DNA of 64,000 bases, taken from positions 32,001-96,000 of the forward strand of contig JBIJDH010000019.1 in assembly GCA_044344255.1 (NCBI GenBank). Direction: 5' to 3'. The notes under the pieces were generated by a model. The model saw only the letters and a program-made list of their open reading frames with translations. It was not told the origin of the DNA and ran no database searches. The DNA comes from Myxococcota bacterium (GTDB lineage: Bacteria; Myxococcota_A; UBA796; UBA2385). Shown piece after piece: positions 37,276 to 45,316 of the stretch (the stretch's first letter is position 1; every line of letters starts with the position of its first letter). A program made the position numbers and the translations under genes.

Positions 37276-37301
37276 CATCGGGGGGCCCGGGCCCTCCGAT
37301 G
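37276..37301. terminator. Hairpin between convergent genes
   Basis: CATCGGGGGGC-CCGG-GCCCTCCGATG stem with one G-U pair; no U tract. Confidence 0.5.
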
Positions 37302-37306
37302 CCCCG

Positions 37307-38296
37307 TCAGACGGCCGTCATCACCGCGACCGCGAGCACGGTGGCGGTCGTCCGAGCGGGGCCGTCGAGGCGGAGCAGCGTATGTGCCTCCACCGCCTCC
37401 CCGGCCACGACGCAGTCCTGCAGCACAAAGACGAGGCCACCGGGCACGAGGCCCGGGCCCACGCGGGACACCGCTACCCGCGTGCTCGCCCGATCGGCCA
37501 TCACGTTGAGGTCGAGGTTGGGGCCGCCGAGCAGTCGGCAGGACCAGCCGTCCTCCCCCGGGAAGCAGAAGGGCAGACCGGCCTCGGTGAGCCGCAGCGA
37601 GAGCCCGTCCGCGCGCTCGAGGGCCATGCCGTCGCCCCGGAGCAGGCAGAGCACGCGGTCCACCCCCGGGAAGCGGGAGAAGGGGCCGTCCGCGCTCACC
37701 TCGGCCATCGAGACCCGCAGCGCGAAGCCCTGCGCGCCCTCCCCCTCACGGTGGAGCTCGTGGGTCACCCCCTGGCCATTCTTCCAGGGCATACGCCTGG
37801 CGTCGACCGCTCGAACGCGGCCGGTGATCTGCCCCCCGCCCAGGCCGCTGTGGTCCGTGACCACGCCCGGCGCGCCGCCCTGGAGCCCGTCCCGCTCCAA
37901 GGGCGTGAGGGGCTGGGGTCGGCCGCTGGCGCCGTCCACCCGCACATAGGTGGTCTTCACCACCGCGAGCGCGGCGCGATCCCGGGCCCGCGTGAAGCGG
38001 GACTCCACCTGGAAGGACGAACGCCCCACCTCGGTGACCGTGGGCGCCACCCACACCCCGTCGTCGAAGCGGGCGGGCACCAGCCAGTCGGTCTGCTGCA
38101 CCCGCAGCCGGTACTCGAATGCGCCCTCCCCCGAGGCGAGCCAGCCCGGTGAGATGGCCCGGAGGAGCTCGGTCGTGGCGAGGTCGGTCCAGTCGCCGTA
38201 GCGGGCGTTGAAGACGATGCCCTGCGCGTCACACTCGGGGTAGCGCGCGCGGAGCTGGTAGCGGAAGGGGCCGGGCGGCGGGGCGGGGGGCAGCAT
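37307..38296 (-). CDS. Acyl-CoA thioesterase (4HBT/YbgC hot-dog fold) fused to a HutD/Ves domain
   Basis: N-terminal RYPECDAQGIVFNARY, PARFDD, VGRSSF; C-terminal MPWKNGQGVTHEL, RVSMAEV, GPFSRFPGVDR, DLNVM. Confidence 0.85.
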   Translation of the reverse strand: MLPPAPPPGPFRYQLRARYPECDAQGIVFNARYGDWTDLATTELLRAISPGWLASGEGAFEYRLRVQQTDWLVPARFDDGVWVAPTVTEVGRSSFQVESRFTRARDRAALAVVKTTYVRVDGASGRPQPLTPLERDGLQGGAPGVVTDHSGLGGGQITGRVRAVDARRMPWKNGQGVTHELHREGEGAQGFALRVSMAEVSADGPFSRFPGVDRVLCLLRGDGMALERADGLSLRLTEAGLPFCFPGEDGWSCRLLGGPNLDLNVMADRASTRVAVSRVGPGLVPGGLVFVLQDCVVAGEAVEAHTLLRLDGPARTTATVLAVAVMTAV

Positions 38297-38405
38297 CCGA
38301 CGCGCCTATCGTGGGGCGCCCGTTGGGGATGAGCTCCTCCTCCAGGAGGTCGTTCACCAGCGCCTCGAACACCTCGGCCGTCAGGTTGTTCTGCTCGCGC
38401 GCCAA
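38229..38405 (-). CDS. Possible 58-aa small protein or gene remnant
   Basis: GGGGGAG SD then TTG just after the mtnA stop; MAREQNNLTAEVFEALVNDLLEEELIP... Confidence 0.3.
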   Translation of the reverse strand: MAREQNNLTAEVFEALVNDLLEEELIPNGRPTIGASDAAPRPAARPLPLPAPRALPRV

Positions 38406-38414
38406 GTCTCCCCC

Positions 38415-39488
38415 TCAGCGCCCCTTCTTCGAACCCGCGCCCCGCTTCGGCGCCGCCTTCGGGGCGTATCGTTTGAGCCGCCCGAGGAGGAGGTCCTCGC
38501 GGGAGACGACGCCGGTGTCGAGCACGAGGGACGTATAGACGCCGCCGGGGGTGACGTCGAAGGCCGGGTTGAACACCGGCGTGCCGGCGGGCGCCACGCG
38601 GCGCGCCTCGCCGCCTGCGCCGATGAAGCCGCGCACCTCGTCGGGGTCGCGCTGCTCGATGGGGATGGCCGCCTCGTCGGGCGTGGACAGATCGACCGTC
38701 GACCAGGGGGCGACGAAGTGGAAGTCAATCCCGTGCAGCGTGGCCTGCATCGCGAGGCCGTAGGTGCCCACCTTGTTGGCGGCGTCCCCGTTGGCGGCGA
38801 TGCGGTCTGCCCCCACGAGCACGCGCTGCACGCGCTCGGCGCGCATCAGCAGGGGGGCCATGCTGTCGGTGATCAGCGTGTGGGGGACGCCGAGGCGACC
38901 GAGCTCCCAGCAGGTGAGCCGCGCGCCCTGGAGGAGGGGCCGCGTCTCGTCCACCCAGACGTGGATGTCTCTCCCCGCCTCGTGCGCCCGCCGAATGACC
39001 CCGAGGGCCGTGCCGATGCCCGGCGTGGCGAGGCCGCCCGTGTTGCAGTGGGTGAGGATGCCGTCGCCCGGCTCGATGAGGGAGAGGCCATGCTCGGCCA
39101 TCTGGTCGCAGCGGCGCAGCTCCTCGTCGAAGAGGTCGATGGCCTCGGCCTCGATCGCCAGCGCCCCGCGGTCGAGGAGGGGCAGCAGCCGGTCGACGGC
39201 CGCCATCAGGTTCACGGCCGTGGGGCGGGCGGCGCGCAGGCCGGCGGCGGCGAAGCGCAGCGTCTCCGGGGCGTCTCCCGCGCGCGCCCGGCGGGCGAGG
39301 CAGAGGGCCGCGGCCACACCGAGCAGGGGCGCCCCGCGCACGCGGAGGGCGCGGATGTGGTCGACCATGTCGGCGACAGAGTCGGCCGGGAGCCAACGCT
39401 CGACGTCAGGGAGGGCCTGCTGGTCGAGGAGCTCGAGCCGGCCTTCATCGTAGCGCAGAGACAGGGAGGCCCGCTTCCACTCGTTCAT
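38415..39488 (-). CDS. mtnA: S-methyl-5-thioribose-1-phosphate isomerase
   Basis: LDQQALP, VRGAP, ARPTAVNL, LTHCNTG, DETRPLLQGARLT, GADRIAANGD, NKVGT, NPAFDVTP. Confidence 0.95.
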   Translation of the reverse strand: MNEWKRASLSLRYDEGRLELLDQQALPDVERWLPADSVADMVDHIRALRVRGAPLLGVAAALCLARRARAGDAPETLRFAAAGLRAARPTAVNLMAAVDRLLPLLDRGALAIEAEAIDLFDEELRRCDQMAEHGLSLIEPGDGILTHCNTGGLATPGIGTALGVIRRAHEAGRDIHVWVDETRPLLQGARLTCWELGRLGVPHTLITDSMAPLLMRAERVQRVLVGADRIAANGDAANKVGTYGLAMQATLHGIDFHFVAPWSTVDLSTPDEAAIPIEQRDPDEVRGFIGAGGEARRVAPAGTPVFNPAFDVTPGGVYTSLVLDTGVVSREDLLLGRLKRYAPKAAPKRGAGSKKGR

Positions 39489-39491
39489 GCT

Positions 39492-41759
39492 TCACCGACT
39501 CCAGGGGAACTTCTTCTCGGGGGGCGCCGCAGGGCGGGCCGACGCCGCGGCCGGGGGGGCGGGCAGGGGGACCTCCGGCTCCGTGGCGCTCGGCGGGGCC
39601 CGCAGCAGCTTCGGGCTCGTGACGTAGCGGAGGGCCTCTTCGTAGCTGATCTGGTTCGACTCGTAGAGGTCGACCAGGGCGTGATCGAGGGTGACCATGC
39701 CGTCCTTTCGAGCGGTCTCCATGATCGAGCGGGCCGTGTGCATCTTGTCGTCTCGGATGAGGGAGCGGATGGCCGTGGTCGCCACCATCACCTCGAAGGC
39801 CGGCACTCGCCCCGTCCCGTCCTTCTTCGGGAGGAGGCGCTGGGACACGACCGCGAGCAGCGCCGAGGCGATCTGGCTCCGGGCCTGCCCCTGCTGGTGC
39901 CCCGGGAAGACGTCGACGATGCGGTCAATCGCCTGGACCGCGTCATTGCTGTGGAGGGTCGCGAGCACGAGGTGGCCCGTCTCCGCGGCGGTGATGGCGT
40001 TCGACACCGTCTCCATGTCGCGCATCTCGCCGACGAGGATGACGTCAGGGTCCTGGCGGAGGATGTACTTCAGCGCCGAGGCGAAGCTCTTGGTGTCCGC
40101 GTACACCTCGCGCTGGTCGACCGTCGCGAGGTGGCTCTCGTGGACGTACTCGATCGGGTCCTCGACCGTGATGATCCGACAGGCGCGGGTTCGGTTGATA
40201 CGGTCGAGCAGGCAGGCGAGGGTGGTGGACTTCCCCGAGCCGGTCGGCCCGACGACGAGCAAGAGCCCCTGCGCCTTCCCGCCGAGCTGCACGACCGACT
40301 CGGGCAGCCGGAGCTCGAGAGCGGAGGGCACGCGGCTCGGGATGGCCCGCAGGGCCGCCGCCATGTGCCCCTTCTGGAAGTAGGCGTTGACCCGGAAGCG
40401 CCGCCCGTCCTCGAGGGAGATGGCGAAGTCGAGCTCGCGCTCGAGCTCGTAGATGCTGCGCTGCCGCGACGTGAGGATGCTGAAGAGGAGGATCCGGAGG
40501 TCCGCGTCGGTGAGGGGGCGATCGCCGAGCACGCGCATCTCCCCGCGCACCCGGAGCATCGGCGTGCGGCCGACCGAGAGGTGGAGGTCGGAGGCCCCGG
40601 CGTCGAGGGTGGCCCGCAGCAGGGCCCGCATGTCGAGACCGCCGAGCTCATCAGCGTTGTCGAGGCGGAAGCTGCGCGTGCTGGTGGTCATCCCCTTGGC
40701 CATCAGCGACAGCTCGTCGGGCTGGGTCGAGGCGCCCAGGGCCACCTCGAGGCCGATCTGACCCTCCTTCAGGAGGCGCAGCAGCGCGTCATTGAAGGAG
40801 GAGACCTCGGGCGAGCGGAAGGCCCGCATCAGGTCTTGGAGCTCCTCCACCCGCTGCTCGCGCAAGAGCTTGGTGACCGCGGGAGTGGCGGTGAGCACCT
40901 CGGCCGCCACCACCCGACCCTCGCCGTCAGCCCGCGGCAACAGGCGCTGCGACAGGACGCCCACGAGGCTCATCCCGAGGTCAGAGGCCACCTGATTGCG
41001 CATGTGGACCGGGAAGTAAGCGAGGATGCGCTGGAGCGTCTGCGAGGCGTCGATGGTGTGTAAGGTCGCGAACACGAGGTGGCCCGTCTGGGCGGCGGCG
41101 AGGGCCACCTCGATGGTCTCGGCGTCCCGCAGCTCGCCCACCAGGATGACGTCGGGGCTCTGGCGCACCACCTGGCGGAGGGCGGTCTGGAAGGAGCGGG
41201 TGTCGCTGCCCACCTCTCGCTGGGTCACCCGCGCGAGCAGGCCCACGTGCACGAACTCGATGGGATCTTCGATCGTGACGATGTGTACGGGCCGCGTGCG
41301 GTTGACCTCGTGCACCAGCGCCGCGAGGGTGGTCGACTTGCCGGAGCCGGTGGCCCCCGTCACCAGCACGAGGCCGCGGCTGCGGTGGGCCCAGGTGCGG
41401 ACGCTCTCGGGGAGGCGGAGCGCCGCAAGATCGACGGCCCCGCTCGGCACCGCCCGCGCCACCGCCGAGCTGCGCCCCTGCTGGCGGAGCAGGTTGATGC
41501 GGTAGCGCGAGCCGTCCGGGAGGCTGATGCCCACGTCGGCGTCGCCGCTGCGGTCAAACGTGGCGCGGGTCTCGTCGTGGAGCACCGATCCGAGGAGCTC
41601 GGCCATCTCGTCGGCGGTCGTCGCCGGCTCGTCGAGCGGCAGGACCCGGCCGTGAAGGCGCACAGAGGGCACGGCGCCCTCGGTGAGGAAGAGGTCGGAG
41701 GCCTGGAGCGCATGGAGCGCCGCGAGCAGTCGAGCGAGGGAGGGCGGCAAGGCAGACAT
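39492..41759 (-). CDS. Tandem double PilT/PilU-family pilus retraction ATPase
   Basis: Two full units: GATGSGKSTT/TIEDPIE/ILVGELRD/TGHLVFATLH and GPTGSGKSTT/TVEDPIE/ILVGEMRD/TGHLVLATLH. Confidence 0.92.
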   Translation of the reverse strand: MSALPPSLARLLAALHALQASDLFLTEGAVPSVRLHGRVLPLDEPATTADEMAELLGSVLHDETRATFDRSGDADVGISLPDGSRYRINLLRQQGRSSAVARAVPSGAVDLAALRLPESVRTWAHRSRGLVLVTGATGSGKSTTLAALVHEVNRTRPVHIVTIEDPIEFVHVGLLARVTQREVGSDTRSFQTALRQVVRQSPDVILVGELRDAETIEVALAAAQTGHLVFATLHTIDASQTLQRILAYFPVHMRNQVASDLGMSLVGVLSQRLLPRADGEGRVVAAEVLTATPAVTKLLREQRVEELQDLMRAFRSPEVSSFNDALLRLLKEGQIGLEVALGASTQPDELSLMAKGMTTSTRSFRLDNADELGGLDMRALLRATLDAGASDLHLSVGRTPMLRVRGEMRVLGDRPLTDADLRILLFSILTSRQRSIYELERELDFAISLEDGRRFRVNAYFQKGHMAAALRAIPSRVPSALELRLPESVVQLGGKAQGLLLVVGPTGSGKSTTLACLLDRINRTRACRIITVEDPIEYVHESHLATVDQREVYADTKSFASALKYILRQDPDVILVGEMRDMETVSNAITAAETGHLVLATLHSNDAVQAIDRIVDVFPGHQQGQARSQIASALLAVVSQRLLPKKDGTGRVPAFEVMVATTAIRSLIRDDKMHTARSIMETARKDGMVTLDHALVDLYESNQISYEEALRYVTSPKLLRAPPSATEPEVPLPAPPAAASARPAAPPEKKFPWSR

Positions 41760-41847
41760 GGCCCGCAGCCTACTCCACTCTCAGACCTGGAGGACCCTCG
41801 CGCCTTCCGGCATACCCGCCGGAGCCACCGCAAGAAGCCGAAAAAAG

Positions 41848-41921
41848 TGCCCTCTAGAGGGCTCGAACCTCTGACCTGCGGCTTCGAAGGCCGACGCTCT
41901 ATCCAACTGAGCTAAGAAGGC
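41848..41921 (-). tRNA. tRNA-Arg(TCG)
   Basis: Minus strand GCCTTCTTAGCTCAGTTGGATAGAGC-G-TCGGC-CTTCGAA-GCCGC-AGGTC-AGAGGTTCGAGCCCTCT-AGAGGGCA; CCA not encoded. Confidence 0.93.
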
Positions 41922-41932
41922 AGGCCCGCTCA

Positions 41933-44449
41933 CTATCCAGCCCGCCCCAGATCGGCCAGCCCCTCCGGCGCGGGGGGCGGCGGCCAGCTCCGGGCGAGGC
42001 GAAAGGAGATGTCCACCGTGCGGTGCCGGGGATCGATCCAGCCCCGCGAGCAGACCCGGCTCCAGCGGCGGTCGCCGAGCCAAGAGCCCCCGCGGGAGAC
42101 GCGCATGCGGGGCTGGTCGAGGGCGAGGTCGTCGGGGGGCTCTAGGCGGTCCCAGGCGTCGGCCAGCCAGTCGCGGTAACCGCCGCCGAGGCCGTGCACG
42201 CCGAAGGGGCTCTCGTCGGTGGGATAGGCCGTCACCGGCAAGGGCAGCGGGCGACCCGCCTGACTGCCATCCATCGAACAAAAGGCGGGGTCGAGGTGAT
42301 GCCCCCAGGGATAGGGGCGCCGATCTGCCCCGCGCCCCGCCTTCTCCCGCTCGAGCTCCCGCGGGAGGCGCCAGGGGAGGCCCGTGCGCCGCGCGAGGTC
42401 TGTGGCATAGGCCTGGACGTGGTCCCAGGAGACGTAGATCACGGCCCAGTCGAGATCCCAGAGGTCGCCCTCGGCGTCGGGGACGAGGATGAAATCGCCC
42501 GCCGGGTCTCGCCCATAGACCACCGGCGACTCCTCCCCCTCTCGGGCGGCGATCGGCCGCGGGGCGGCGACGAGCGCGGCCTCCTTTCCCCCCTCTCGGC
42601 GGAGGCGATTGAGATAGGACAGGTACTCGGCCTGGGTGACGTTCTCTCGCTGGAGGATGAAGCCCTCCAGCCACCGGCGCCGCGCGGGGAGGCCGCTGAT
42701 CGCCAGCTCATCTCCGCCCTGATGGAACCAGCCGGCCGGCACATAGCAGTCATTCGGGCCGAGGGTGCCGAGCGGCGGCAGCCGGACAGGGCGCACCGCT
42801 CCCCGATCGTCGCGGCCGTCGTGGTGCTCCCCGCGATCGAGGCTGACCGGGTAGCGCGTGGGGTGGTGGCCGGGGGCCTCGAGCAGGAGCAGGTAGGAGC
42901 CCCGCGGGAGCGGCTCCCGGACGAGCGGCCCCGCCCCGAAGCGGCGCTCGAAGACCGGCCGCAGCAGGCGGTCCTGCTCGACATACCGATAGAGCGTGAT
43001 CACGGCGTCCGCAGGCTCGGTGGTCAGGCTGAGCTCGGCCCCGCCCTCCAGCCAGACCCGGTGCCGACCGCGATCGTGGGCCCGCAGCAGGGCCTCGAGG
43101 CGCAGGGCCTCCGGGTGGTCCCCGCGGCCCTCGGCGGCGGCGTGGCGGGCCTGGTAGTGGTCGGCGAGGCGGGCGTGGGCCTCGACGGCGTCCGGATCGT
43201 GGACGAGCGCCGCCTGGAGGTGGGGCACCACCCGCGCCAGCGCGACCTCGGCGGCCTCCTCGAGCCGCCGCGCCGCGTCCTCCTCGGCCCAGCCGGGCGC
43301 CTTCGCGGACAGCGGGTCGGCCGCCTGGACCCCCGAGAGCAGGGCGGCGGCGCGGGCGCGGTGCACCGCCGCCTCGGCGAGGATGGCCGCCCCGTCTTCC
43401 TCCGCGGTGGTCGCGAGGCGCAGATCACGCTGCGCCCGGGCCCGCCGCCCCTCCCCGTCCCGCCAGTCGAGCAGGGCGGAGCGGAGCCCCTCGGCGTCGG
43501 CGTAGCGGGCGTCGGGCTCGAGGGAGAGGGCGGTGGCCACGATGTCGTGGAGGTCTTCGGGGATCGGGAAGGGGGCCTCGAGGGGCGGCGCGAGGTCGGT
43601 CGGCCGGCGGCCGGCGGCGAAGGGCGGGCGACCGGCGAGGATGTTGAAGAGCACCGCCCCGAGCGCGAAGACGTCGGCCGCGGGCCCGACGGCGCCGAGC
43701 GTGGGATCGAGCTGCTCGGGCGCGGCCCAAGCCGGGGTCCCGAGGGTGGAGCCGAAGCGGGTCTCGAGCGGGTCGACCTCGAGCTCGGCGGTGTGCAGCT
43801 CAATGCCCTCCTCGTCGATGGTGGCGAGGCCCCAGTCGAGGAGGAGCACCTCGCCGCGACGGCCGACCATGATGTTCTGCGGCTTGACGTCGCGGTGGAT
43901 GACGCCGCGGTTGTGGGCATACGCGAGGGTCTCGGCGACACGGCCGAGCTCATCGAGCAGCCGCCCCGGCAGGCGGTCGGGCCGCCGCTCCCAGGCGGCG
44001 CGGATGCGGGCGTCGAAGCGCTCCCCCCGCACCTCCCGCATCGAGAAGGCCCTGCGGCCCGAGACGTCCTCCTCCAGCGCGAAGATGGGCACCACGCCGG
44101 GGTGATCGAGGCGGGCCATGATCCGCGCCTCCTGCACGAGGCGGGCCTCAAGCTCCTCGCTCCAGCGGTCGGGGCGCACGGCCTTCCGCACGTAGGTGCG
44201 GCCGAGGGCAGGGTCGCGCAGGCGCCGCACCTCCCCCATGCCGCCCCGCCCGACGAGGCCGAGGTCTTGCGGGGGCGCGGTGACCCGCGGGGAGACGAGG
44301 CCCGGCGGGCGCTCCGGCGAGTCGGGGCCCCGGCCGGCGGAGGCCGAGGGAAAGGAGACGTCGGAGGGATCCTCCGCGCAATCTTCTGCGGGATCGCCGG
44401 CGGGGTCGTCCCCGATGAGCCGGTCGAGGGTGGGGTCGGCAGAGGGCAT
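41933..44449 (-). CDS. Ser/Thr protein kinase fused to an FGE-sulfatase (SUMF1-like) domain
   Basis: GRGGMGEV, HRDVKPQN, DWG, GTPAWAAPEQ, DVFALG; C-terminal RLPRELEREKAGRG, YPWG, SPFGV, RGGSW, ISFRLAR. Confidence 0.92.
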   Translation of the reverse strand: MPSADPTLDRLIGDDPAGDPAEDCAEDPSDVSFPSASAGRGPDSPERPPGLVSPRVTAPPQDLGLVGRGGMGEVRRLRDPALGRTYVRKAVRPDRWSEELEARLVQEARIMARLDHPGVVPIFALEEDVSGRRAFSMREVRGERFDARIRAAWERRPDRLPGRLLDELGRVAETLAYAHNRGVIHRDVKPQNIMVGRRGEVLLLDWGLATIDEEGIELHTAELEVDPLETRFGSTLGTPAWAAPEQLDPTLGAVGPAADVFALGAVLFNILAGRPPFAAGRRPTDLAPPLEAPFPIPEDLHDIVATALSLEPDARYADAEGLRSALLDWRDGEGRRARAQRDLRLATTAEEDGAAILAEAAVHRARAAALLSGVQAADPLSAKAPGWAEEDAARRLEEAAEVALARVVPHLQAALVHDPDAVEAHARLADHYQARHAAAEGRGDHPEALRLEALLRAHDRGRHRVWLEGGAELSLTTEPADAVITLYRYVEQDRLLRPVFERRFGAGPLVREPLPRGSYLLLLEAPGHHPTRYPVSLDRGEHHDGRDDRGAVRPVRLPPLGTLGPNDCYVPAGWFHQGGDELAISGLPARRRWLEGFILQRENVTQAEYLSYLNRLRREGGKEAALVAAPRPIAAREGEESPVVYGRDPAGDFILVPDAEGDLWDLDWAVIYVSWDHVQAYATDLARRTGLPWRLPRELEREKAGRGADRRPYPWGHHLDPAFCSMDGSQAGRPLPLPVTAYPTDESPFGVHGLGGGYRDWLADAWDRLEPPDDLALDQPRMRVSRGGSWLGDRRWSRVCSRGWIDPRHRTVDISFRLARSWPPPPAPEGLADLGRAG

Positions 44450-44494
44450 GGAGAGGGCTATCCTGCGCGCCGATGCGACCCCTGGCCCCGCCGC
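44425..44494 (+). repeat. Copy 1 of a 70-bp direct repeat (divergent promoter and gene starts)
   Basis: 65/70 identical to 45247-45316 by manual alignment. Confidence 0.9.
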
Positions 44495-44583
44495 TCACCC
44501 TGCCCCTCTCCCCCCAGCTCTCCCCCGCGCTCACCCGCCTCCTCGACGCGCTGCGGGCGAGCCTCCGTGGGGAGGGCCCATGA
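44473..44583 (+). pseudogene. 36-aa remnant of the sigma54 activator N-terminus, coupled to the methyltransferase
   Basis: MRPLAP...SPALTRLLDAL resembles MRPLAPLPSPLLTPLLHAL at 45295; ends in an ATGA overlap at 44580-44583. Confidence 0.65.
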
Positions 44584-45203
44584 CCGCGCCGCCGGAGGGG
44601 CGCGCCTTCTGGGAGCGCAGCGCGGCCCGGTACGATCGCTCGATGGCCCTCCTCGGCGGCCCCATCCCCGCCGCGATCGACGGCGTGGTCGCGCTGGTGC
44701 GCGGGTCGACGCGGGTCTTGGAGGTGGCCTCGGGGACCGGCCTCTTCACCGTGGCGATGGCGCCCACGGTCGGTGAGGTCATCGCCACGGACTACGCCGA
44801 GGCCATGGTGGCGCAGACGCGGGCCCGCGTCGCCGGCCTGCACAACGTGCGCTGCGAGCTTCGAGATCTGTACGCCTTGGGCGAAGACATCGCACCCGTG
44901 GACGCCGTCGTGGGCGCGAACCTGCTTCACCTCCTGCCCGATCTGGAGGGGGGGCTGGCCGCCATGCGGGGCGCGCTCCGCCCCGGGGGCCTGCTCGTGG
45001 TCCCGACCTACTGCCACGCCCAGACGCCCGTCTCGCGCGCGGTCTCGACCGTCCTCTCTTGGGTGTCCTTCCCCGCCCGCCGGCGCTTCGATCTCGACGG
45101 GCTGCGCGAGGCCGTCTCCTCCGCCGGGTTCTCGATCGTGCGGGCCGACCTCCTGCCCGGGCTGCTCCCCATCGGCTTCGTGGCCGGTCGAAAGGAGGGC
45201 TGA
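44580..45203 (+). CDS. Class I SAM-dependent methyltransferase
   Basis: FWERSAARYD, VLEVASGTG, ATDYAEAM, NLLHLL, LRPGGLL. Confidence 0.9.
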   Translation: MTAPPEGRAFWERSAARYDRSMALLGGPIPAAIDGVVALVRGSTRVLEVASGTGLFTVAMAPTVGEVIATDYAEAMVAQTRARVAGLHNVRCELRDLYALGEDIAPVDAVVGANLLHLLPDLEGGLAAMRGALRPGGLLVVPTYCHAQTPVSRAVSTVLSWVSFPARRRFDLDGLREAVSSAGFSIVRADLLPGLLPIGFVAGRKEG

Positions 45204-45246
45204 GCGGCGCCGGAGCGGCGGCCGGATCGCCACGGGAGGGGCCCGC

Positions 45247-45316
45247 CGAGGGTGGGGTCGGCGGAGGGCAGGGAGGGGGCTATCCTGCCCGCCGATGCGA
45301 CCCCTGGCCCCGCTGC
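45247..45316 (+). repeat. Copy 2 of the 70-bp direct repeat
   Basis: 822 bp downstream of copy 1; the kinase start (CAT on + strand) is changed to CAG. Confidence 0.9.

Noticed and set aside
4437..41921. Genomic island bounded by the two tRNAs
   Set aside because: No integrase or duplicated tRNA 3' end seen, and housekeeping genes lie throughout
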